Part shown: positions 1 through 11,129 of the stretch, one piece after another
Numbering within the stretch: the first letter of the stretch is position 1
Layout of the letters: each line of letters opens with the position of its first letter
Source of the DNA: Ginkgo biloba
Taxonomy: Eukaryota > Plantae > Ginkgophyta
Assembly (NCBI GenBank): GCA_024626585.2
Contig: JANKJI020000002.1
Coordinates: 224,149,219 to 224,174,270, forward strand
Direction: 5' to 3'
DNA length: 25,052 nucleotides
The notes under the pieces: model-generated
Seen by the model: only the letters and a program-made list of their open reading frames with translations
Databases searched by the model: none
Told to the model about the DNA's origin: nothing
Translations under genes and position numbers: made by a program

Positions 1-1
1 T

Positions 2-279
2 GTGAGAGATAGAGATCCCAAATTTCACAAGCCATATATAGAAAGATTTCTTTCAAAACATGGGTTCTCAGTTAAACTTCAATAGTGAAAATCACCATCA
101 AAATGAAGAGAATAAATTATATTATGAAATATATGCTAGGGTTGCATATCATCAACAAGAAAACAAGTTGGGAAGAGAAACTTTTGTTGGGAAAATTTTC
201 TTATGTTAATCATATGCGTTCAATAACAACCATGACTACATTTTGAGCAATGTATGGATATGATCCTCGATCACCCTAA
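2..279 (+). mobile_element. Decayed Ty3/gypsy (chromovirus-like) integrase catalytic core fragment
   Basis: With frameshifts it reads VRDRDPKF/TSHI*KDFFQNMGSQLNFNSENHHQ/KRINYIMKYMLGLHIINKKTSWEEKLLLGKFSYVNHMRSITTMTTF*AMYGYDPRSP. This matches the gypsy IN pattern VSDRDPKFTS..HPQ..ERVNQILEDMLR..W...L...EFAYNN...PFEAMYG..PRSP. Confidence 0.85.
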
Positions 280-429
280 GCTTTGACTACCAACTCATGG
301 GGATTTCTCTCATGCCACTCTGTGATTGGAGGTATCCTACCATGGGCTTCTAGATTCCCATTTGAGAGTTTTCTATTTTAATTGGTCAAAGTAGTCCTCA
401 GGGGTATCACAAGTAATTGTAAGGTCTAA

Positions 430-790
430 TTATACTCTTTTCTACTTACTTCCCTCAATTTCTACTTCCTTATGGCCATATTTTCTTGTTTTGACTAGCC
501 TGTAACACATGCTCAATTGGAATAATTGGCATTGATGTTTTATACCAAAATATGCTTTACTTCCAACATGTGATCAAGGGTCATTTGAATATTTTCTTTG
601 TCCATTCCTATCTAATTTTGGCTTCTAACATAGTTTCTTTGTCTTGTTTTACTATTAATGATCTCTAATTATGGTAGTTCATGTCTCTCACAAGTAGAAC
701 ATATCTCTACTCATTGGACCAATAAGTTTCTTAAATGTTTTAGGAAGTTCATGATATACATTGCATGTAGAAAAATGTTTCTTTGCTCAC
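430..790 (-). mobile_element. Possible decayed gypsy gag C-terminal / pre-protease linker
   Basis: Minus-strand fragments FSTCNVYHELP and ICSTCERHELP (two knuckle-like CxxC..H motifs), then KQDKETMLEAK and TSMPIIPIEHVLQAS, resembling the linker after the knuckles in the element at ~16960-17150. Many stops and frameshifts. Confidence 0.35.
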
Positions 791-959
791 TCAACAATAT
801 GGAAGATTGATGACATCATTTGTTTCTAAGAGAAACTTGTCCACATAAATTATTTGTATTAGAAGAAACTTGTCCACATTGTTATCACTAGAACTGTTCT
901 AGTCATTCTACAGCTTGTTTTCGGATAATAATTTTAGGTAAGATGGCACTGTCACTACC

Positions 960-2353
960 AAATTACCTCTCTCTTCGGGTTAGTACTTTCCCAACCTTAA
1001 GGAGGATTCCCTAAATGCTACTATGTTGAAATGGAGATTGAATCTATAACGAGTGAGAACAACCAACTGAGAGAAAGAGGGTTGCTAAGATACCCCAAAC
1101 TAAAAATTCTATGGCGGATTTATCTATGAAACCTAGAGAATTCAGTGTTATTGTTTATGCCTCCAAATCTGCTATAAACTCAACAAACAATAATTACATA
1201 CCCACTGCCAGGTGCTCTAAAAGTGCCCAAAGCATTGGGGTAAGAAAAATGATTATGTGAATCAAGGTTTGTGACTGGTTATCCTAAACAAATTCAGACG
1301 TGAATGGAAACGAAAATGTATCTAGAATATGCAATTTAAGTGAAATAGATTCAAAGTAAATGCATTCAAAATTAACGAACGAATAAACCATGTGATTTAC
1401 AACACAACCACTTGAATTTTCAAGAGCTGGAGCATAGTGAAATCGACCAATCAATTGACAAAAAGGCTAGAATAAGCCATGATTACAATAGATTAGTGGT
1501 TGAACTCTACAAATTTAACATGCTATGAAGATCCAGTTGCCAACTTAAGAGAATAGAAGTGATGGAGAGAAAGCGCTCTGAAGTCTAAAGAATAACCGAT
1601 AACTAAAAGGAACCCTTCTCTTTCCTTTATAGGTTAGGAAAGGAAGCAATACAACTAGCTTTCTTTAGTTTGCATGCTCCAAGGTTGGAGGGAAAATAGG
1701 AAAAACAAAGAAGAAAAGCCATGCACTTAAGGAAAAGTAATACGCCCCCCAAAGAAAAACCCTGCATGAGTAAAACTTCACTTATCCACCAAAGATGCTA
1801 AAAATAGCAAAACGGAATCCCAATTGAAAAGTGAAGATGAAGCCTGAAATAGTCAACTCGCCTAGCATAAAGCGGATAGGATGCCATGTCACTGCGACAT
1901 TATTGCCAAGAGTTTCTGGTCTGGGCGTGTTGATAGGCAGAAAGGATCAGGAAACATCAACAACAAATGTCAACAAACCAACAACAATCAATATTAAACA
2001 GTCAAAGGAGAATCAATACATTTGTTCGTCGAACGATTGTGTTCGCTCGACGGATGACTCAGTACTGTTCGTTCGATGAAAGACTCGGTATTGTTCGTCG
2101 AACGACTCAATACTGTTGGTCAAACGACTCTGTCTCGTTCAACAAATGACCAAGTCATGTTTGTTGTTGTTTGCCAACAATCTTTAGACTGTGACTAGCA
2201 ATTAGTCAACGGATAAATGGGATGCACTAGCGCATATATTCTCTACAATTCTCCAACTCTGTTTATTTTCCTAATGGTTATAAATGAACTCAGCTCGATG
2301 AAATCTACTAGACTTTAACACTCAGATTTCTTGGTGCAATCTGGGAGTTAACA
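960..2353 (-). mobile_element. Probable LTR inserted into an integrase
   Basis: The minus strand starts TGTTAAC at 2353, exactly where the integrase homology breaks (..TKYGV|). There is a TATA-like CCTATAAAGG on the minus strand at ~1624-1633, the region is non-coding, and it holds an internal short tandem array. The left boundary is approximate; no clean TSD or PBS was found. Confidence 0.5.
2021..2150. repeat. Degenerate ~22-26 bp tandem repeat with palindromic GTTCGTCGAAC core
   Basis: ttgttcgtcgaacga at 2022 and 2091; gactcagtactgttcg, gactcggtattgttcg and gactcaatactgttgg recur. Confidence 0.7.
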
Positions 2354-2354
2354 G

Positions 2355-2711
2355 TACTCCATACTTCGTGAATATCTTGGTCATCAACAAATAAACAATA
2401 TCCTTTCCTTTATACATCATTCTACCAGGTCAAAATCTCACCATCTTCGTGAACCGGTCGAACATCACTTGGATTTGGTCATGCTAACACTAAGTTCTAG
2501 GAAGAGAAGCGACAAAATCCTTGTTGATACTTTCCCATTTTCCTTTTGAAATAGGCAAAGGCATTAACAACCCTGCAAGATGGTCTCTTTCAACTTTATT
2601 GACTTGGCATTGCTCACAAGTCCTAACATAATCAACCACTTGCTTTTTCATATTCTTCCAATAGAAAAACCTCTTAGCAACTTTGTATGTCTTATCCTTC
2701 CCACATAAGTG
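2355..2711 (-). mobile_element. Ty3/gypsy integrase remnant (zinc-binding HHCC region plus start of core)
   Basis: One frame of 119 codons with 3 stops: HLCGKDKTYKVAKRFFYWKNMKKQVVDYVRTCEQCQVNKVERDHLAGLLMPLPISKGKWESINKDFVASLPRT*C*HDQIQVMFDRFTKMVRF*PG...IFTKYGV. It carries the characteristic YW..M..V..C..CQ..K...GLL.PLP.....WE.I..DF motif. Confidence 0.92.
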
Positions 2712-2903
2712 GCGAAAGCGCTATAATGTAATTCATACAAAAAATTATATTTCAACTCAATTATATCTAGTACTACAATCCTATCATTATACCACAAAAT
2801 ATCNNNNNNNNNNNNNNNNNNNNNNNNNNNNNNNNNNNNNNNNNNNNNNNNNNNNNNNNNNNNNNNNNNNNNNNNNNNNNNNNNNNNNNNNNNNNNNNNN
2901 NNN

Positions 2904-3290
2904 TGAGCTCTTGATGAAGAGGGAGTGTTGAGATTTATTAATCAAGGCTCAATTCTCAGCAAACAATGTTCTGTGTTTGCTCAAGTCAACAAACGGTGTT
3001 CTGTGTTTGCTCATGTCAACAAACGGTGTTCTATGTTCAACAAGCGGTGCTCTGTGTTCAACAAGCGATGTTTTGTATTTGCTCAAGTCAGCAAACAGTG
3101 TTTTGTGTTTAGCAAACGGTGATAATTGTTTGGTGAATGGTTGTCTGGTTGTTCATCGAACGGTGGTCTACATTTGTCCATGTTCAGTAAACGATGATTT
3201 GCATTTGTCTAGGTACAACGAATGGTGAACACAGGTCTAGCGAATAGAGTACACAATTTTTCCAACCAAATGTTATTTTTAACAAGGCGC
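2904..3290 (+). mobile_element. Ty1/copia pol 3' end, polypurine tract and start of 3' LTR
   Basis: GAAGAGGGAG (PPT, 2916-2925) is followed directly by TGTTG (LTR start 2926). The frame ends ELLMKREC* with the stop inside the LTR, a typical copia junction. Right end is approximate. Confidence 0.7.
2961..3121. repeat. Composite 30/21-bp tandem array inside the LTR
   Basis: Unit lengths 30,30,21,21,30,21. Long unit consensus aaacggtgttctgtgtttgctcaagtcaac; short unit aaacggtgttctatgttcaac lacks 9 bp. Confidence 0.9.
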
Positions 3291-3406
3291 CATCCCTTGA
3301 AAGCCAAATTATATTTTTGGTTGTTCTAGCATGTGTGAAAAGATGAAAATAGTTAAAGTCTATTTTAGCTATATGAAGGCCAAAAATTAGTTAAAATATT
3401 TTTAGA

Positions 3407-3961
3407 TTTTTTTTTGTTGAAAAGAGTGATTCTTTTAATTGGAAAAATTAGAATCATATACAACAAAATTGGGTGGCATTAGGCACACCCATATAACATC
3501 ACAAGAATTATACATTCGGCCGAGCAACTAGAGTAATCATCTTAACAATAGTCAAAAAAGCAAAAAGACAAGCCTAGATAAGAGGCATAGAGCTATCTAG
3601 TTCTTGGTCTCCCCAACCATTCTAACCATCCTTTTTATATGCATCATCCTTTGAGGGAGGTACAAACCATCTCGAGGAGGCCGCTTCTTTCCTAGGAGTT
3701 ATAGCAAGTTCCATACTGGGAGAATTTTCCAAGCCATCTAATTTTCCAGCTGGAGGATATTTGGAAGCACTTGACCTCCTACCACCTCTACCTCCCCAGG
3801 GAGGTATGCTTTGGCTTCTACTTCTAGATCTTCTCATGTCTCTATGATCTTTAGAAGGTTCTCAACTTGTTGTACAGAGGTCCAAGCCCCAATCATCGAT
3901 CAACTCCATCAATTTTGATAATTCAACATGAACTTTGTCATCTTTCACTTTAATTTGTAGA
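3407..3961 (-). mobile_element. Possible retroposed (LINE-like) 3' end with poly(A) tail
   Basis: T9 at 3407-3415 is an A9 tail on the minus strand, preceded by ATTAAA ~20 nt upstream. Upstream is a frame 3960->3622 broken by one TGA (LQIKVKDDKVHVELSKLMELIDDWGLDLCTTS*EPSKDHRDMRRSRSRS..). Confidence 0.35.
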
Positions 3962-6161
3962 NNNNNNNNNNNNNNNNNNNNNNNNNNNNNNNNNNNNNNN
4001 NNNNNNNNNNNNNNNNNNNNNNNNNNNNNNNNNNNNNNNNNNNNNNNNNNNNNNNNNNNNNTTATTTTTGTATGTGTAATTCATGCATGCGTTATCAATT
4101 AATAACAACTAAACCTCCCTCGTTGGTTTAAGTGGGTCCCACTGAGCACCCCTATTTTTACCAACAATCGGATACTTCTATATAGTTTCTTCTAGATATT
4201 CTAAACTGTATTTATCAATGTTAATATTGGTTTCTTAGGTGAATATATTGATTGTTATATATCCTTCCATAAGTTTTCTTGCACTTTGGCTTGCTCTCAC
4301 TAGGAGTTTGGACTATAAGGATTCACCTGCAATAGATCTTGTAACTTTCATATATGATTAGGTATCTAGGTTCATCTTCCAATCATTTTGACATGGAACA
4401 TTGGTATGGAGAAAGTTTTGAGTGGTTTTAATAAATTTGGTAGTATGTAATCTTCAAGATTGTGTTACAAAAATACAAAATGTCATCTTAGACCTCCTTT
4501 TATGCATAGTCCTATGATTGAATTTGCTTCTTCTGCTAAGTATAGATTGTTCTCGTGAAAATACTACACTTACTGACCTACAAATACAGGCCACACAAGA
4601 ATGAAATTCAACAACCTAACACACAACAAAGGTAGCAAACCACATACAATTACATAGGGAAATATATACACAACCTAACCTACAAATCACTTAGACCTCA
4701 ATGAGACAACAAACAAATGCTAACACCCACCACAAAGAACAAGCACAATGAATATAAATAACAATGAGAAAAACACCAAAGAACAAAGTGGCAAACATCA
4801 ATGAACAAAGAATACATGGACACCTTCCAAGAAATGTACATCAAGAGAGGATCAAGAACGAAACCTCACAACCTAAACTATAACCTACAAATCTATATGC
4901 TATCCCAAGACCTGATAAGAATTAATGCCAGAAAACAAATAAAGAGAATCATTATAAAACTACAAAGAAACAACAAGAGATGAATACAAAAAATGCACAC
5001 ATTTTGGCCTACTAACAATTGCATAGAAATGCAATGCACATGACTCGACAGTGAATGCGAGGAGACCTATTCGTAAGTACATAAGGAGAGTTTCACAAAA
5101 AAACAAGGACTCTATGAATGACACCTCGCAAAATACTAAACAAACTTGGTTGGCTTAGTTGGGACTTTAACAACCTTCCCTTACTCTAACCTTCAAAACA
5201 AGGATATTAGACCTCCAATAAAGCTTAGAAATGCATTAGAGGTGACTCTAGTCATGCATTTAAAACCAAAAAATAACGATAAATACATCATGTTATAAAA
5301 TCCCATGAAAAACAAATATTGAGCCTTATTAATTTATGGTATTTGTCAATAAATAGGGTTAGTTTTGGGATTAGTAGCAAGGAAGACTGTTAGACTAGGG
5401 TTGANNNNNNNNNNNNNNNNNNNNNNNNNNNNNNNNNNNNNNNNNNNNNNNNNNNNNNNNNNNNNNNNNNNNNNNNNNNNNNNNNNNNNNNNNNNNNNNN
5501 NNNNCCATATTTACCATAAAACATAATAAATGAGCTCTATGATCAATGGTACCCTACCCTAAGAAATCTACAACACCTAATATTAAGGCTTAGGGCCTTC
5601 CTATAAGCATAAAAAACCTAGAAATGTAATTTTGTTTTAGTAGAACAAAAACTCGGTTAATTTATGTATTCTAGAAATAATAACAATGTTTCCATTTAAA
5701 AAGTACTAATTAGAACTTACCCAGACAGAATGTCAAGGTTGATGATCCATAATATCCCCTTGATGGAAGACATCTCACTCTTACTTATCCAAGTGTAGTG
5801 ACTTGCTTCAAAGGCCATAAGTGGACACAGTCCACCTACAAAATATAGTTGCTGGGTGGTATGAAGCCTTGCGACTTCTTCGAGGGGCTCCTTGGGCTCC
5901 AAAGTGCTGTAAAGCTTGGGATGAACACCTCCATTGAGGTTGACTGCCTCCAAGGAAGAGGTTTGAGCGATTATCTTGTGAAATGATGCGTTGGAAGTCG
6001 TTATAAGGCCAATGGCCTAGCTCTTAATATGCAGAAAAAATATCAGTAAGCAAAAAATGACGACTTCTANNNNNNNNNNNNNNNNNNNNNNNNNNNNNNN
6101 NNNNNNNNNNNNNNNNNNNNNNNNNNNNNNNNNNNNNNNNNNNNNNNNNNNNNNNNNNNNN

Positions 6162-6208
<47 letters not shown>
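6162..6208. repeat. (AG)n microsatellite, about 23 units, running into a gap
   Basis: Read directly from the sequence. Confidence 0.99.
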
Positions 6209-6211
<3 letters not shown>

Positions 6212-6436
6212 CCTTGCAAAGAGGAATGATACGATGTCTTAGGGGTTGCTTAAGCTCAAACAAGCCCCCATTTATGCTAAATATTGGGCACAATCCACCT
6301 GAGCTTAACCTTGGGGTTGCTCCATGCCCTAAGAGCCCTTTCTGGCCCTCTGCTATCTAAATCTACCCTATGAAGGGAGGCACCATTGGTTGGAGGACCC
6401 TCATGGCCCTTCTCTTCAAAACTTTCTCTCTATTAT

Positions 6437-6620
6437 GCATCCCTGAGCATTCCCTTGGGTCCCTGTATTTTCCAGTGGGTCCCTGAGCATACTACTATGC
6501 ATACCTGGGCATTCCCTTGGATCTCTAAGGGTCCTTCTGTGCGTGCCTGTGCATTCTAGTGGATCTCTCACGTGGGTCCCTGAGCATCCTTGAGCATCCC
6601 GTGTGTCACGTTTAGAGCAT
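6437..6620. repeat. Cluster of degenerate short direct repeats (gggtccctgagcat / gcattcccttgg), probably retroelement LTR/UTR
   Basis: ccctgagcat at 6441, 6481 and 6578; gcattcccttgg occurs twice. Confidence 0.55.
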
Positions 6621-7173
6621 CTTGTGAATTACTTTGGTGAAATACTTTCATGGGGATTGTCCCAACTCCACGTGGTCTTCCACTCCTCTTCTGTGGAGAT
6701 TTCTTCCCATCTTTTGTCCTCTCCTGCCTGTATCCCAACTTCACATGACAACCAACCTTGAATGGCCTGCAATGACTTTTGGACTGCTTAGGAAGCTGCT
6801 CCTGGCAATCTGGCTACGGAGTTTCCATGTGGTTCCATTGCTCTCACCATTGCCTCACTCTATCAACATCTCTTCTAATAGTCTTGGGTTGTCCACACGA
6901 CCCTTGCCTTTAACCCCATAATTTCCACCCATCATCTCCAGTGATCAATAGACAAAGATTGCTCAATCCATCATGGGAAATCAAGTTTGACCTCAGAGGG
7001 GTTTCATTGAACCGTTCTAGCCTTCTCTCGATATACACACTTTGTTCTTTGATTGGTGGGCCCGATCCTCATGATCTAATATTCCAGCGTTTGTCCTATG
7101 GTCCTGGTGGGCCCTTTGGTCTTTGTTCTTTGACCTGATCACAACCTACAATTTCTTCTGTGCACAAGAACCT

Positions 7174-7561
7174 ATGGTAGACAAAGACAAAGACAAAGAT
7201 AGGGACTTAGCTACTGTTCGCAGACTAGCACAGCGGGTGGACTACCTTGAGACAAACCTCAACAAAAATTGCAAACTCATTGAAGATCTACATGAGGTAA
7301 TCCTGAAGTTGCAACAAGAAAATGCTTGGCTCAACAACATGCTGCAAACTGGCAATTCCTCTTTCCAAGGAATACAAGAGTTGTTGTCAAAACCCCAGAA
7401 GGATCCTGCTACATCCAACAAAATTTAAACAGATATGGATGCTCTAAGGAGTGAACACTTGGAAATCCTTAACAAACAAGAGAGTATACAAAAGGAGATG
7501 ACAACCAAACAAAATGAGATCCAGAAACAAATCGATGAACATAATTCATGGTTTCAAGTCA
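7174..7561 (+). pseudogene. Coiled-coil ORF with one premature stop, probably a retroelement gag N-terminus or accessory ORF
   Basis: ORFs 7123-7428 and 7435- share a frame and are separated by a single TAA (7426-7428). The sequence is heptad-like: VRRLAQRVDYLETNLNKNCKLIEDLHEVILKLQQENAWLNNML. No family motif recognised. Confidence 0.4.
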
Positions 7562-7661
7562 NNNNNNNNNNNNNNNNNNNNNNNNNNNNNNNNNNNNNNN
7601 NNNNNNNNNNNNNNNNNNNNNNNNNNNNNNNNNNNNNNNNNNNNNNNNNNNNNNNNNNNNN

Positions 7662-7745
7662 AATTGATGCCCTAGTCATCCCAATGGCTCCCACAATGGT
7701 TGTGTATGCCACACTACTTGGGCTACCTTGGTTGCGTATGCCGCA
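7662..7745 (+). mobile_element. Gypsy aspartic protease C-terminal remnant
   Basis: IDALVIPMAPTMVVYATLLGLPWLR aligns with VDFVVIPMTPGVTSYATLLGHPSLR at ~17572-17646 and with the retropepsin LLGRPWL motif. Confidence 0.7.
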
Positions 7746-9888
7746 CTACTTTGTAATCATGGTAATGCCTTATATAAATATTTCCAAACCAATGTCATCG
7801 AGTTCGCACAGTTGCCTAGACAACTTCCTCACATCAAAGTTAATTGTACCTATGGATGATATGCAAAATATCTCAGGATTCAATGGCAACAAACATCAAC
7901 GTAAATGACAACAATACCATGACAACCCATGTTCCAATACTAGTTGTAGTAATAGTAACTTTTCTTGTGGTAGTCATAATTCCTTTACCAATATCAACAT
8001 TAAGAACATCTACTAATCTAAGAATGGTCTACAAAATCAACTTTGCTTGACTACCATCTAGGATCAAAATTATCAATGGAGTCCAAGGGGTAGGGCCCCT
8101 TAATGGGCTCCAAATTTTGTAGGTTGATTGACCATATGGCCAATTTGCACTATAAAATCTTGAAGTCTTATGATTTTCACTAACGAGAAGAATAAGTCAG
8201 AGAAAATTATAAAATATCATATAAGTCCCATATTCAGACAATGTGTTCACAACCATGCTAAATGCACAAGTAGAAAGATTAAGTAATTAAGAATTTCCAT
8301 ATAAATAAGTCTTAGAATCTAATAACATATTGCCAAAAAGCATACCTTTATAAGATGTATAATTCAACCAAAATTTATTGAAAGTTAAAGTTATGTCAAA
8401 ATAAAATATAACAAAAGATTCTAGAAAATAACTCCTATAGATTGAAGGTTGAGATTTATCGAAGTAGATCAAAAATGTTGATCAAAGTGTAAAGTTGAGA
8501 AGAATGCAAACATGAAAGATGCCTTGATAAATAGTAAAGGACTCTAATTTAGTCAGATGACAACTAAGATTGACCTATAAAAAATCACCAACACAAAGAA
8601 GAGAGTAAAGATGGAGAATGATGTAAAACGCATAAAATATCTAACTTAACAAAAAACTCTAACAAAGTTACAAAAGGGACTAACATTGCATTAGGCCCCT
8701 TTAGATCCTTTTCACAGTCCATCCCAACCTCCATGTTAGTTCCTCTATCACATGGCAAGTTCCCACATCATTCAACTTCAACTACAAATTAAAAAAAATA
8801 GTTTGGTAATCAAATCAATAGTTGTAGCTTTAACTAACATAAAAATGTGTTTATACTCTAAAGCAAGTGTTTCTTGGATAACAACAAGGGGAGAGATGTC
8901 AAAGAAGATCAAGTGTTAACAAAGGATGAAGACTTAAGATTTAAGCTTAATCTTTTAGTCTATAAATTATTACATAGTCAATCTCATTTTGAAAAATATT
9001 AAACATTATAAAGTCATGGACTTTGATTCCACTTCGAAGAATATTGCAAGCATCTATAGAGCATATCATTTTCTTTTCTTTAATACAAAAATATTTTATA
9101 TATGACCATAGCTTGTGAATGTGAAAATTTAATTGTTCTAAAACTTTTCTATAAATATTCTAGGCTCTAAATTCACTAACATGGCCAATTTTTTTAGTAT
9201 CAAAAGTAATTATAAATTTAGTAGAAATTGTCAAATGATAATAACTTGAGACTTTTTACAAAAATCATTTGCATAAATAAAAAAAAATAGCTTCTAATAA
9301 ATAGTTAGGATTAAGCATGCATCACAAGAAAACTATCATAAAAGAAAAATTAAGGAAGATTGTGTAGTAGTTGGCTAAAATTAAAAGCTTGGAGTGTGGT
9401 AAGTTGTTTAAATAGCCATACATTGTTCAAATGAAAAACTAATATGAATTGATTATAGGATTTGAGCTATAAAGAATTATGAAAAACTTCAACACGTGAG
9501 AATTAATTCGCATAAATATTGAAGTGAGTATTCATCTAATTGAAGAACTTTTTTATTGTTCTAAGAAAATTATGGCAATTGTACAAATATCCATATGTTA
9601 GTGGATGAATCAAAATCTCCTAATGCAAATAACTATAAATTCTTGCTCTCTTTAATTTGCTTCAATAAACAAATAAAATTATGTGTCTAAATTATGCATG
9701 CAATCCCATTGCTTGAATATGAGAATTCAAGAATAAAGAAATTNNNNNNNNNNNNNNNNNNNNNNNNNNNNNNNNNNNNNNNNNNNNNNNNNNNNNNNNN
9801 NNNNNNNNNNNNNNNNNNNNNNNNNNNNNNNNNNNNNNNNNNNAAATAATTTTCTCCAAGACTCTAACCACTATAAGGAGGAAGGCAA

Positions 9889-10991
9889 TGCGAGATTATA
9901 CCACATGGTATGATCCCATCCTTCGTAGAGTTGTCACCCTTTAAGGGGTTTCTTTGTGTTGTGTCTCTATGCACCATCTAAGGATTCACAAGGTTGTACC
10001 ACGTGGTGGCCTCTTGTACACTTTCTAACTTGCACCCTCTTTTGGATTTATTTCCCAAGTCTTTCACCTCTATGAGGAGAAGGCCCATGAGACACTGCCA
10101 TGTGTTGCACTCTTGGAGCTAAAAAATCTTCCCTCTTTTTATCACTATTCCTCCATTATTATCCTACACTATTTGCGGGTTCATGAGATTAGGGCACATG
10201 GAGAGATCTTAGGGTTTGTGAACCTGTGACCCTTTTAACTTTCCAAATAAGCCTTCCAAAATACTACAAGGGAAGGATCAATGGGAGGCTACCACCTGTC
10301 GCATCCTCGGTCTTTCTCCTACCTGTGGTTCTTTGAGCTTACTTCCCAAGTGTTAAGTCATCCTAAGGTAGGGATTCATGAGATCACGCCAAGTGGTGTG
10401 ATCTCGCTAACTCTAGAACCTGTGACCCTTCATAAAATTACCTAAGTGTTGGGAGTTGCCACAAGGGGAGGATCCCTAGATCTTTGCCATATGTCATATC
10501 CTTAGGATCTCTAGGGATTAGGCTCTTTTATAATATTTTCTCTAAGTCTTCAATTGGCTACAAGGGGAGAGGTCCCAGGATTATACCATGTGGCATACTC
10601 TCATGACATATGGATCCGTTGGCCCTTGAAACACTTTGTATTTCTCTTTTGGCCTATGATCCCTAGGAGTGCACTAGATTATGACACGTTTCACCATCTC
10701 AAATATCCTAAGCTTGTGCCTCTTTTTAAGGGTCCCATTTACCTATTTCCTGTGAGCTTATGGGCACCTGAGATCGTCTCATGTGGGTGCATCTTAGGTT
10801 TCTAAGGCTCAGAGCCTTTTGATCATTATTTTCCAAGTCCTTTCTTTGGTGAAGTTGCAAGTGCATGAGATTGCAATACATGGAGTCATCTCAGGAGACT
10901 TGGTATCATGCCATGTGAACTCTATTTTTTCCTTTTTCCATCCTACACCAACTATGGGTTTGTGAGATCAAGACACGTAGAGAGATCTTGG
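9889..10991. repeat. Highly diverged ~97.5-bp tandem array, 12 units, each with an eroded 32-bp palindrome centred on a G-box
   Basis: Palindrome centres at 9904, 10002, 10101, 10197, 10295, 10392, 10490, 10589, 10687, 10782, 10879 and 10976 (spacings 95-99). Best copy catgagatcacgccaagtggtgtgatctcgct at 10377-10408. Inferred consensus ~CACGAGATCGCGCCACGTGGCGCGATCTCGTG. Confidence 0.85.
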
Positions 10992-11129
10992 NNNNNNNNN
11001 NNNNNNNNNNNNNNNNNNNNNNNNNNNNNNNNNNNNNNNNNNNNNNNNNNNNNNNNNNNNNNNNNNNNNNNNNNNNNNNNNNNNNNNNNNNTAATTAAAA
11101 AAAGCACGAAAAACCATTTTAAATAAAAC

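Noticed and set aside
946-960. Primer-binding site TGGTAGTGACAGTGC (- strand)
   Set aside because: The position is plausible, but it is not preceded by a clean CA LTR end and I cannot match it to a known tRNA 3' end.
1831-3228. Small ORFs 1831-2079, 1967-2149, 2925-3122 and 2977-3228 as genes
   Set aside because: They are produced by tandem repeats within LTR-like sequence and show no protein motifs.
4155-4166. LTR end (..TTACCAACA); similarly GGGGCTGTTACA at 15541-15552
   Set aside because: Typical LTR-terminal look, but there is no partner LTR, TSD or PBS in the same contig to support a call.
6024-6293. SL/RE dipeptide-repeat ORFs
   Set aside because: They are translations of the (AG)n microsatellite plus gap.
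7435-7908. 157-aa ORF fusing a coiled coil to a protease
   Set aside because: It spans a 100-N gap of unknown size, so the frame continuity is an artefact. The same applies to all X-containing ORFs.
8886-8900. PPT-LTR junction AAGGGGAGAGATGTC
   Set aside because: No upstream pol remnant or recognisable LTR; too short to support.
9889-10991. CRISPR array
   Set aside because: The repeats are far from identical, the spacers are ~65 bp and mutually related, no cas genes are present, and the context is eukaryotic transposon DNA.
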